From a virus (taxonomy: Duplodnaviria > Caudoviricetes), in IMG/VR virus record IMGVR_UViG_3300037423_000445, positions 1-26,285 of that record: DNA of 26,285 nucleotides; one strand, 5' to 3'. The translations under genes and the position numbers were made by a program. Positions 8,736 to 16,563 of the stretch are shown one piece after another (the first letter of the stretch is position 1; every line of letters starts with the position of its first letter). The notes under the pieces are model-generated. The model was not told the DNA's origin, searched no databases, and saw only the letters and a program-made list of their open reading frames with translations.

Positions 8736-11150
8736 TCAGCGCCTCCAGATGAAGCGAGAGCGGGCTTCGTCCATCGTGCCGACGATCTTGCCGGGAAGCT
8801 CGGCCCTCAGCTGGTCGAGCGACATTTCCACGCGTGCCAATGCGGCGGGATCAGCGCCGGTCGCGTCAATGTTGATCGTCGTATGAACGGGCGGCATCAT
8901 CGGGCCATTGTCGTTGCCGACGCTGACCGTCTCCATGTTGGAAACACGAGCGCGCGGGATGCCGTTGATCGAGAGCACGTTCATGTCCGTGCCGCCACGG
9001 CCGCCGACGAGGAACGAGCCGCCGGAAGCGAAGCCGGGAACAGCCCCACCGGCCGCAGCTGTCGATGCGCTGAAGCCACCGCCGCCGCTCGCTCCGAACG
9101 CCGCCTCGATGCCTTTGAAAATCAGCATCTTGATCGTCATTTTCAGGAGGTCGGCGAGGATTGAGAGCGCGAGGTCATGGAAAGCCTGCTTGAGGCTTTC
9201 CGTGCCGGTGATGACGTCGGTGAGCGCATCCGAGAGCTTGTCGATGCCGTCGACCTCGATGCTCTGGAGCGCCTGCTTAATTTCGGCTGCGGTCTTCGGA
9301 ACGTCGTGCGCCCACTTCTCCAGCGGGCTCATCGTGTTCTGCTGGATCAGCGCCGCGCCCTGAGCGCGCTCCGTCGGCAGATGGTCGATCTGATCCTGAA
9401 TGACCTTGATTTCTTCGTCCGTGGCGTGGTTGCGCTTCGCCAATTGCAACTCATGCTCCAGCTGCAGGCGGCGCTGGTTGATCTCACTGTCGAGGATCTG
9501 AAGCTGGATGCGGCGGTGATCCTCGTCCGTGGTCGCCAGCTGGTCAGCGACGTGGAGCGCGCCGATCGCGAACTTGCGCTGCTGGTCGGCGGCTTCGAAC
9601 TGAGCCTTGTCCGCCCGCGTCAGCTGCTCTTCGACAATCGCTTGGAGCTTGACCTGCGCTTCTGTGGCATTCGCGGCCTTGAGTTGCGCGGCCTTCGATT
9701 CCGCCTCCTTCAGCGCGGCGTCGGTGATCTTGTGCTCGGCGTGCTCGCGCTCGGCCTTGGCAAGCTCCTCGTCGATCGCCTTGTCCTTGATCGTCTTTTC
9801 GAGCTGGACGAGCTGAACCTGGATTTGAAGGTGCTGCTCGGCACTGCCGGCGAGACCGAGCTTGGACTGCAGAATCTCCTGGTTCGCCTGAAGGATTTCC
9901 TTGTCCATTTGAGCGAGCAGTTCTTCGGAGCGGTCGGCGGGCTGCTTTCGTCCTCTCGGCCCCTTCGGAGCGAGGAACGGCGGGAGATTGACGCCGGGGC
10001 CCAAGGACGGCTTCGGCGCTGTCGCCGCGGCGGTCGCTGCTCGAAGCAAGGCCGTCTGCCGCCTCAACTCCTTCTCGGCGTCGGCGGCTGTGCCGCTGCC
10101 AGTGCCGTGCCTGAAGCCAAGAATTGAAGTGGCGCTCTCAGAAGCAGCCTGGCGCGCAAGGAATTCGGCCTTCGCGCGGCGAACCTGCTCCATGCGGAAG
10201 CGCAGGTCCATGTTCTGATCGGCGGCGTTCTGCGCGACCGTGTTGCCGAGGACCGCGCCGCCAGCCGCGCCAATGGCCGCACCGGCAGCCCCGAACCTGC
10301 TGCCGGCAAGCCCGCCGATGATGGCAAGCGCCAGCTGCGGGTTGGAGCTGAAGAAGTGGAGAATCTGATTGGTGAGCGTGCTGAGCGCTTGTGCAAGGCT
10401 GAGGATGGAATTCGCGTTCGCCGTGACGGTCGAGGCGATATTCGCTTCGAGGACAGTCTTCAGCGCCTCCAGCTTGTGCGCCGTGACTTCGGCATTCCTG
10501 ATCTGATCCTCGGAAAGAACGACGCCGAGCTGATGTGCTGCTTCCGACAGGGCGTTGAGCCGCTCCGTTCCGCCAGCAAGCAGGCTATCCAGCTGCGCGC
10601 CGGCCTTGCCAAACAGGGCGACCTCGATTGCTGCCCGCTGCGAACGGTCGGTGACGTTCTTGAGCGCATCCGCGATCTTCGTGAACACGTCGCCGGTGTT
10701 GCCTGAGCGAAGCTCATTGACGGTCGTATGCGCGGCAGTCGCGAGCGCCTGGAAGGCCTTCGTCTGCTCTTCTGAGCCGACTTTGGACTTGCCGATCGAA
10801 ACGGTGAGCCGCTGAAGCCCGCCTTCGAGCGCTTCCTGGCTGACGCCGAGCTGGCCGGCGGCGAAGCGGAACTCCTGCAGTTGCTTGGTCGTGACGCCGA
10901 GCGTCCCCGCGACTTCGCCGATGGCCGCAGCATATTGGAGGCTCTGCTTGATCTGCTGCGTCAGCGCGCCGACCGCGAAAGCCGCAACGAGTCCTTCGAC
11001 GGCGATCTTCGCCGACTTGAAAGAGCTTTCGATGTCCTTGGAGAGGCCGCGCGCGATCGAGCGCGACTTGTTCGCGCCAGCTTCAAACTGGGCGGTGTCA
11101 AGCCCGAGCGCGACCCGCAGCGAGCCGATGAGCGAACTAGCCATCGGCAT
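8736..11150 (-). CDS. Tape measure protein
   Basis: 804 aa, Ala-rich and helical; N-terminal IGSLRVALGLDTAQF and C-terminal GFASGGSF.VGG..G.D motifs. Start may be 11144. Confidence 0.93.
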   Translation of the reverse strand: MPMASSLIGSLRVALGLDTAQFEAGANKSRSIARGLSKDIESSFKSAKIAVEGLVAAFAVGALTQQIKQSLQYAAAIGEVAGTLGVTTKQLQEFRFAAGQLGVSQEALEGGLQRLTVSIGKSKVGSEEQTKAFQALATAAHTTVNELRSGNTGDVFTKIADALKNVTDRSQRAAIEVALFGKAGAQLDSLLAGGTERLNALSEAAHQLGVVLSEDQIRNAEVTAHKLEALKTVLEANIASTVTANANSILSLAQALSTLTNQILHFFSSNPQLALAIIGGLAGSRFGAAGAAIGAAGGAVLGNTVAQNAADQNMDLRFRMEQVRRAKAEFLARQAASESATSILGFRHGTGSGTAADAEKELRRQTALLRAATAAATAPKPSLGPGVNLPPFLAPKGPRGRKQPADRSEELLAQMDKEILQANQEILQSKLGLAGSAEQHLQIQVQLVQLEKTIKDKAIDEELAKAEREHAEHKITDAALKEAESKAAQLKAANATEAQVKLQAIVEEQLTRADKAQFEAADQQRKFAIGALHVADQLATTDEDHRRIQLQILDSEINQRRLQLEHELQLAKRNHATDEEIKVIQDQIDHLPTERAQGAALIQQNTMSPLEKWAHDVPKTAAEIKQALQSIEVDGIDKLSDALTDVITGTESLKQAFHDLALSILADLLKMTIKMLIFKGIEAAFGASGGGGFSASTAAAGGAVPGFASGGSFLVGGRGGTDMNVLSINGIPRARVSNMETVSVGNDNGPMMPPVHTTINIDATGADPAALARVEMSLDQLRAELPGKIVGTMDEARSRFIWRR

Positions 11151-11457
11151 CCGCCAGCTTGAAGGCGTCCTTCACCAGCTTGCCGAGCGCGGCGACGATC
11201 ACTTGCCCATACTTCTCGGAATACTGGAGGCCGACGATCACGTCCGCACTGAGGTCGGCGTGGTGCTTGCGCGTCATGGCGATGAGGAACTGCGACATCA
11301 CCGACGACGAGGACATGAGCTCGCCGAGAAGCTCGACCAGCCCCTTCTCGAAGAGCCCCTCAAGCTGCCAGATGACTTGGTAATCCATCGTCAGCGTCAG
11401 CGTGAAGTCGTCGTCGAGCGGGATCGCCGCCTCGTAGAGGAAGGGTTTCAATTCCAT
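11137..11457 (-). CDS. Second tail assembly chaperone-like protein (paralogue of 12391-12834)
   Basis: L..D(Y/F)......E....K...E.LG and (K/R)HH.D pattern shared with the upstream chaperone; overlaps the tape-measure start. Confidence 0.6.
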   Translation of the reverse strand: MELKPFLYEAAIPLDDDFTLTLTMDYQVIWQLEGLFEKGLVELLGELMSSSSVMSQFLIAMTRKHHADLSADVIVGLQYSEKYGQVIVAALGKLVKDAFKLADADG

Positions 11458-11460
11458 CGT

Positions 11461-11949
11461 TTAGCCTTGCTGTGCGAGGCGGGCCGCGCGCGCGGATAGG
11501 CGCTGAGCCGTCGCGTCGATCTGGACCCACATGTAAAAGCCGACGAGCTTGATCGTTTCGTATTTCTTCGAGTCGAACGCCGGTCGGCCCGAAGGCTGAG
11601 CGACGTCCTTGAAGGTTCCGAATTCCATGAAGATGCCGTGATGCCGGGGAAGGCTGGCACTCGGGCCGATGAAGATGGTCACGCCGCCAGGCGGCGCTGA
11701 GACGTCGACCTCGTGCGAAACAGACTTGTCCGAGACGATGATCGAATCGCGAAGGTGCAAGCCCTGATCGCTCGCATCGTAGGGAGCGAGTTCGGCCCAC
11801 GTTGCGCGGATCGGCTCGGCCGCGTCCTTGAGAGCGCGGCGGACGACGTTCTTCTCCGTCGCGACCTTGGGGATTTCCTCGAGCGCTTCCAGCACGCCAT
11901 CGAGGCCTTCGACATGAACGGTCAGCGTCAGCGGTTGAGTGAATGCCAC
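11461..11949 (-). CDS. HK97 gp10-family tail completion protein
   Basis: VEGLD.V..AL..I, RRAL..AAEPI, APYD...LRDSI and MEFGT....AQP..RPAFD signature. Confidence 0.9.
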   Translation of the reverse strand: MAFTQPLTLTVHVEGLDGVLEALEEIPKVATEKNVVRRALKDAAEPIRATWAELAPYDASDQGLHLRDSIIVSDKSVSHEVDVSAPPGGVTIFIGPSASLPRHHGIFMEFGTFKDVAQPSGRPAFDSKKYETIKLVGFYMWVQIDATAQRLSARAARLAQQG

Positions 11950-11963
11950 GTCGATAGTATCCT
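11935..11963 (+). promoter_or_regulatory. Putative sigma70-type promoter for the antisense moron (likely leaderless transcript)
   Basis: TTGAGT (11935-11940), 17-nt spacer, TATCCT (11958-11963); ATG begins 7 nt after the -10 box with no SD sequence. Confidence 0.5.
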
Positions 11964-11969
11964 CGGCTA

Positions 11970-12194
11970 ATGGCTCAACGGCTTGCCGCGTTCGCGTTCG
12001 TCTTCGTGCTGGTCGGCGGCTACTTCCTCTATTCCGGCTTGGTCATGGACACGTCGGTCGCAACCGGCGACGGCGGGACCGTCGCGAACCTTCAGCTGAT
12101 GCACGTCCAGGCCATGAAGATCGCGCTTGGCATCGGCTCGGCAGTCATCGCCGCCCTCTTCGCCGTCGGTTCGGCGATCATCAGCCGTCAGTGA
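11970..12194 (+). CDS. 74-aa two-TM membrane protein (moron, possible superinfection exclusion)
   Basis: Two hydrophobic helices flanking MDTSVATGDGGTVANLQLMHVQ; fills the gap between gp10 and the chaperone extension on the opposite strand. Confidence 0.7.
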   Translation: MAQRLAAFAFVFVLVGGYFLYSGLVMDTSVATGDGGTVANLQLMHVQAMKIALGIGSAVIAALFAVGSAIISRQ

Positions 12195-12541
12195 ACCGCG
12201 CGCTCAATTCTGACATTGAAGCCGCGCTCCCTGAGCCGCGTAAAGAAAGCGATGCCCTGAGCGTAACTTAGGCGGTTGCTGTCTTCGCGTCGTTGCTCAT
12301 TCGGCCTGCCGGTATATTCCGACAAGTCTTTGAGCTTCCCGCTATAGCCGTTGAGCGCGAAGACCGCAGTGTGCCAGGCCGTCGAGATCGCTAGCTCGAA
12401 TTGCCTCTGCGCGGCGTGGGCCATGCCTTCCATGATCGTGACATAGGACCGCGGCGATTGCCGCCAGAACTCGGAAGGAGAGCCGCCGAGCCTGATCCAT
12501 TCACGAAGGAAGGTTGCGATGTCCCACGCCGCTTCGGAGGG
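12188..12541 (-). CDS. Tail assembly chaperone frameshift extension (gpT-like part of a gpGT-like product)
   Basis: The -1 frame is open from the slippery region: (K)PSEAAWDIATFLREWIRLGGSPSEFWRQSPRSYVTIMEGM..., containing the typical G..P.EFW..(S/T)PR motif upstream of the tracked ATG at 12433. Confidence 0.75.
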   Translation of the reverse strand, partial: PSEAAWDIATFLREWIRLGGSPSEFWRQSPRSYVTIMEGMAHAAQRQFELAISTAWHTAVFALNGYSGKLKDLSEYTGRPNEQRREDSNRLSYAQGIAFFTRLRERGFNVRIERAVH

Positions 12542-12834
12542 TTTTCCTGCCTCTCTTTCGCGACGTTAAACGTCCGGTTGAAGAGGCCGAAGATCGACGT
12601 GCTGTCGACGCGAAGGAGAAGGCTGAGCGCCTGCTCCACTGTGACGTCGGGATGATGCCGCAGCATCAGTCCCTTCATCACCTGCGCCTTCAGGCACAGC
12701 CGTGAGCCTTCGAACATTGCGCCGAGGATTTCCGGCATTGGCTTGCCGGCCATCCGCTCGATATGCGCGAGCGCCCGAAAATCCACAGCCAGGCGGCAAC
12801 CCTCGACGACCTCTTCATCGTCGAAGATCAGCAT
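12391..12834 (-). CDS. Tail assembly chaperone (gpG-like)
   Basis: Directly after the tail tube (TAATG overlap); DF.AL..IE and RHHPDVT.EQA motifs; E-N-P at the slippery site. Confidence 0.8.
   Translation of the reverse strand: MLIFDDEEVVEGCRLAVDFRALAHIERMAGKPMPEILGAMFEGSRLCLKAQVMKGLMLRHHPDVTVEQALSLLLRVDSTSIFGLFNRTFNVAKERQENPPKRRGTSQPSFVNGSGSAALLPSSGGNRRGPMSRSWKAWPTPRRGNSS
12538..12547 (-). other. Putative -1 programmed ribosomal frameshift site (G GAA AAC CCT)
   Basis: Minus strand reads CAG GAA AAC CCT; a -1 slip joins the chaperone to the gpT-like frame. Confidence 0.65.
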
Positions 12835-13292
12835 TAGCTGCCGGACGCTCCGGCTCCCTGCTCCTGATCGCCGGTGATGCGAAGGATCAGCGTTGCGGTG
12901 ATCTTGCTCCCGGGCTCCATGTTATCCGGCGCATATCTCTTAACGAAGGCCTGCGTCGTTACGTTAGCATCGATTGTTCCGGTCCCCGAATCGTCCGGAA
13001 TCTCGAAGCGCACCTTCCGCGTGTCTCCCGTTGTTCGCGCGGCGACAAGGAGAAGATCGGTTGCGCCGAGCGGGACATAATTCAGCTGAACCGTAACGTC
13101 GCCGCCGTCGATCAGGCCCGCCTTAAATTCCTTCCGCCGGCCAGGCGACAGCAGGTGCGTGACCTCCACTTCATCAGCCTGATCCTGCGGGAACGTGCAG
13201 CTGACGACTTCTGCTAGCTGGACGAGGTTCGCTTCCGTGTTGTCGGTCGAGAGGAACAGCTTACCCCCCCACCCGATGCGGGCTTCGGTCAT
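12834..13292 (-). CDS. Major tail (tube) protein
   Basis: EVEVTHL.SPGRRKEF.AGLIDGG.V.V.LNYVP signature; strong AAGGAGAG RBS. Confidence 0.92.
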   Translation of the reverse strand: MTEARIGWGGKLFLSTDNTEANLVQLAEVVSCTFPQDQADEVEVTHLLSPGRRKEFKAGLIDGGDVTVQLNYVPLGATDLLLVAARTTGDTRKVRFEIPDDSGTGTIDANVTTQAFVKRYAPDNMEPGSKITATLILRITGDQEQGAGASGS

Positions 13293-13309
13293 TTCATGCT
13301 CTCCTTGGA

Positions 13310-13699
13310 TTAATCGTGGGCGATCATCAGGTCCGCGGTCTTGCGGTAGATGATCGAGTCGCCCTCGCGTTCACCGCCAAAATCGCGCGGGCCGAGGACA
13401 ATATCCGCGCGCTGGAATGTGCGACCGCTAAAAGTGCCGCCGAGAATGAGTGCCCCTGGCGATCCGGTCTCCCCGATCAATGCCGCCATCGCCGCCTGAA
13501 CGTCTGCGTAAGTGAAGCCCCAGGCGTCGACCTGGACGCGGGCGAACTCTAGGTCGAAATCGTTGAGCGTCTGGCCGCGAAGCTCCGTCACATCGAGCAA
13601 GGTCACGAAGGGCTTGGCGGCGTTCTGCGGCGCGTTCACCCACCACGTCTGCGGGTAGGCATCTCTCGCCCGAATGATGAAGGCTTCCTGCCAGTCCAT
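13310..13699 (-). CDS. Tail terminator protein (DUF3168-like)
   Basis: APQ....PFV.L and RVQVDAWG.TY motifs; precedes the tail tube. Confidence 0.82.
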   Translation of the reverse strand: MDWQEAFIIRARDAYPQTWWVNAPQNAAKPFVTLLDVTELRGQTLNDFDLEFARVQVDAWGFTYADVQAAMAALIGETGSPGALILGGTFSGRTFQRADIVLGPRDFGGEREGDSIIYRKTADLMIAHD

Positions 13700-14712
13700 C
13701 AGGGCGCGGACATCTGCTGAAGGAGCGCCGGGTCAGTGACGTGCGGGTAGAAGCGTGCGCGCCTGAGTGTCGGCGTGGAGGTCAACCCATTGCGCCACAG
13801 GTAGAAATTGAAGCGGTCGAAAACCGAGAAATCCGTGTGCAGCGCCGGGATATAGGACATGACCGGGCTGTTATCGATCGAGACCATGAGCAAGGCCGGA
13901 CTGACCGAATAGGAAACCCTATGTGCTCCGACGCCCAAAGGCACTTTCATGGGCGCATAGACGTCCGGGTCTATGTTGTTCCTCTCGCCGACATAGAATC
14001 CGTCGAAGTTGCTGAGGCCAACGTCCCGGCCATCCCATTTGAGGCAGTTGACGCCGATTGAGCGGCCATCGTCGTGCGAGAAGTTGCTGGTGAAAACCGC
14101 GACGTCGATTTCGTCAGCGCCGGTGTATTGAACGTCCACGTCGAAGACGCCGCTGTGCGTCGTTCCTATCGGCGCGAAGAACTCGGGAGTGGAGAAAACG
14201 CTATCGGAGACGCTGACCGCAGTCGTGATGATCCGCAGCCCCTCGCCTGCGACTTCCCCGGCCGCGTTCATGTAGCTCACCAGGATGTCGGCATATTCGT
14301 ATGAGACGCCAGCAGCCGTGTAGCTGTCGGCTTGGAAATTAAGGTCCGCGATCGCGGCCGGCGGTGTCGGCGCTGTGAGGACGCCTGCCCCCTCCAGCGA
14401 CCTGATCCCGGTGAACCGGATCGTCTTGCGGTCGAGCGGCGCTCGCTCGGTCAAATCCCAGTAAGAGCCGTCGAAGCTGATCCGATCCAGAAGCGTCACG
14501 CTGTCGACCTTCCTGCTGCGAAGGCATTCGAACGTCGCAGCTTGCGATGCGCTCTCCTGAGCGGCCTCTCGCTTCTCCTGAGCCGTTCCGAAGCGGACGC
14601 GCGATGTCGCAACCACATAATCCGCCCAAGTCTCGATCGGCTGGCCGTAATCGTCGTCGATCGTCGTCGCGCGCTGGAAGATCACGCGATAGCTGCGGTC
14701 GCCTGCCCCCAT
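13699..14712 (-). CDS. Head-closure (head-tail adaptor, SPP1 gp16-like) protein fused to a C-terminal head-fibre-like domain
   Basis: aa 1-105 is the adaptor (AG....RV.FQR.....DDYGQ..ETW, DRI.FDG..WD); aa ~114-337 aligns by eye with the protein at 15877-16554; no intervening stop. Confidence 0.85.
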   Translation of the reverse strand: MGAGDRSYRVIFQRATTIDDDYGQPIETWADYVVATSRVRFGTAQEKREAAQESASQAATFECLRSRKVDSVTLLDRISFDGSYWDLTERAPLDRKTIRFTGIRSLEGAGVLTAPTPPAAIADLNFQADSYTAAGVSYEYADILVSYMNAAGEVAGEGLRIITTAVSVSDSVFSTPEFFAPIGTTHSGVFDVDVQYTGADEIDVAVFTSNFSHDDGRSIGVNCLKWDGRDVGLSNFDGFYVGERNNIDPDVYAPMKVPLGVGAHRVSYSVSPALLMVSIDNSPVMSYIPALHTDFSVFDRFNFYLWRNGLTSTPTLRRARFYPHVTDPALLQQMSAP

Positions 14713-14713
14713 G

Positions 14714-15268
14714 TCAGTAAGCCGAAACCGGCCTCAGCTCGTCGAGCAGCCAAGTGATCGTGGCGGCGATCTCGTCAGAGACGATGCCAGCCGCCGCCGC
14801 TTCCCTGAATTCGAACCAATGGCCGATCAGCAGCAGCATCGCGCGCTTGCCGATCAGATACTCTTCGCTCGCCGCCTCGACCGCGCCGCCGGTGTAGGTG
14901 ACGGTGATCGTCCCGCCGGCGATCAGGTCGGGAAAGCCACTGCCATCGATCGCCGGATAGATGCGAGCGGGAAAGCCGAGGTTGGCGACGAAGCCGCTGT
15001 AATCCGCGTCGTCGTCCGGATCTGCGCTCGTCGAATAGGCGATGCTGTCGATGCTCGTGATCGGCGACCGCCAGATTTCGAGATAGTCGCCCCAAGCCCT
15101 GAACGTCTCCGTCCTCTCGCCAGCAACGAACAGCCGCCGGCTCACGCGCTCGACGTAAGCGCGAGCCGGTGCGAGCAGCGACGAAAGGAACGTGTCGAAG
15201 CTCGTATCGCCGGCATCGACGATGTTGACCTGCGCGCGGGCTTCGGCAAGCGAGACGGGTTCAGACAT
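14714..15268 (-). CDS. Head-tail connector (HK97 gp6 / SPP1 gp15-like)
   Basis: EPVSLAEARAQ..I...D..L..L...AR.YVE and AMLLLIGHWFE.RE motifs. Confidence 0.9.
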   Translation of the reverse strand: MSEPVSLAEARAQVNIVDAGDTSFDTFLSSLLAPARAYVERVSRRLFVAGERTETFRAWGDYLEIWRSPITSIDSIAYSTSADPDDDADYSGFVANLGFPARIYPAIDGSGFPDLIAGGTITVTYTGGAVEAASEEYLIGKRAMLLLIGHWFEFREAAAAGIVSDEIAATITWLLDELRPVSAY

Positions 15269-15295
15269 TCAAGCTCCTGCGAACCGAGGCATCCG

Positions 15296-15880
15296 ATGCG
15301 ACTGCTCGATCTCTTCCGAAGAGTGGGAACCGGCTCCAAGGGCTGCTACGCCCCGGCGTATGAAATGCTGCTCCGCGACAGGCGCGAGAGCGTTGGCGCT
15401 TTGCTCGAAATCGGCATCGGGACGCTTGACCCGAAAGCTTCATCGACAATGTTCGGTTGGGCCGAGGCGGACTACAAACCGGGAGCCTCGCTCCGAGCGT
15501 GGCGCGACTATTTCCCCCGAGCGCAGATTTTCGGCGTCGACATTTGGGCGGGGACACAGTTCAGCGAAGAGCGGATCAGAACCTTCCTCTGCAATTCGAC
15601 CGACCCCGCAGCTGCGGCCAAGCTCGACATTCCCGAGCTCGACATCATCGTCGACGACGGCTCACATGCGAGCGAGGACCAGCTTGCGACCCTCGCCAAC
15701 TTCTTCCCGCGTCTGAAGGCTGGCGGATTCTATTTCATCGAGGACATCGGAAGCACTGAGCCGCTCTACAAAAAGCCACGCCTCGTCGAGCGCATCATCG
15801 GCGACAGCCATTGGTTCGCGATCTCCGACGATGACCAAAAGCTTAGCCGGTGGAAGATGATCGTGATCCGCAAGCGCTAA
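15296..15880 (+). CDS. SAM-dependent sugar O-methyltransferase-like protein (MycE/ElmM-like)
   Basis: 194 aa from ATG 15296 (GAGG RBS): LLEIGIG, GASLRAWRDYFP.AQIFGVDI, DIIVDDGSH, L..GGFYFIEDI. The upstream part of the 389-aa tracked ORF is a shadow of the connector gene. Confidence 0.85.
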   Translation: MRLLDLFRRVGTGSKGCYAPAYEMLLRDRRESVGALLEIGIGTLDPKASSTMFGWAEADYKPGASLRAWRDYFPRAQIFGVDIWAGTQFSEERIRTFLCNSTDPAAAAKLDIPELDIIVDDGSHASEDQLATLANFFPRLKAGGFYFIEDIGSTEPLYKKPRLVERIIGDSHWFAISDDDQKLSRWKMIVIRKR

Positions 15881-16554
15881 AGCGCCTGCAACACCGCAGC
15901 GTCGGTAATCAGAGGATAGAAGTCCAAGTTCGGGCAGGTGATCTTCGCCCCGTCCGCGCCATTGATCCAAATGTAATTGAAAAACTGCATGTAGGTTGCG
16001 AACTTGGTCGGGTCCACGGGCGAGTAGGGAACAACGGCGCCGTGGTTTATGCAAAGGAAACAGCCCGTTGCGTCGAAGCCTACGACGACATGGTAATCGC
16101 CCGTGACCAGCGGCGTCAGAAACTCCGTATAGACGCCGGGATTAGGCGCGACCTGATCGCCCGTATAAATCCCGTTCAGGCTTCCCCACTTGTTCGGCCC
16201 TGCGCCTACGTTCGTGGAAGCCCCATCATCGTCGAACACCATGAACGACAAGTTGCTGCCCGCGCCGACCACGACCGACACATCGAAGACTGCCGTATTG
16301 GATGCGCCGACGGCCGCGAATAGCTCGGGCGTCGAAAGCACGAAATCCGATGCGCTCGCAGTACCTTGCAATACCCATCCCTCGCCGGGAACGATCGAGG
16401 AATGATTGAAACCGGTCAGGCACTCGGCGAGCGTCTTGCTCGATCCGCCGAAGCTGTAAGCCTCATCGGAGAAATGGAGCGAGGCGTTCGGGGTCGGCCC
16501 GCTCGCTCCAGTGCCCGCCTGTGCCTTGATCGAGAGATCGACGCCGATCCTCAT
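15877..16554 (-). CDS. Putative head-spike fibre (Rcc01080-like N-terminal anchor plus beta-sandwich domain)
   Basis: N-terminal MRIGVDLSI anchor-like peptide, G/A/S/T linker, beta-rich domain; immediately follows the spike-base gene. Confidence 0.65.
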   Translation of the reverse strand: MRIGVDLSIKAQAGTGASGPTPNASLHFSDEAYSFGGSSKTLAECLTGFNHSSIVPGEGWVLQGTASASDFVLSTPELFAAVGASNTAVFDVSVVVGAGSNLSFMVFDDDGASTNVGAGPNKWGSLNGIYTGDQVAPNPGVYTEFLTPLVTGDYHVVVGFDATGCFLCINHGAVVPYSPVDPTKFATYMQFFNYIWINGADGAKITCPNLDFYPLITDAAVLQAL

Positions 16555-16563
16555 GCTGACCGC

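Noticed and set aside
14711-15295. N-terminal 195 aa of the tracked 389-aa plus-strand ORF, suggesting a fused methyltransferase
   Set aside because: It overlaps the head-tail connector antisense; the methyltransferase motifs and an RBS begin at 15296.
15220-15295. Promoter for the antisense methyltransferase (TTGACC at 15225)
   Set aside because: No acceptable -10 box at 16-18 nt spacing.
13699-16500. DGR template/variable-repeat explanation for the two paralogous fibre domains
   Set aside because: Similarity is at protein level with broad nucleotide divergence, not an adenine-specific near-identical pair.
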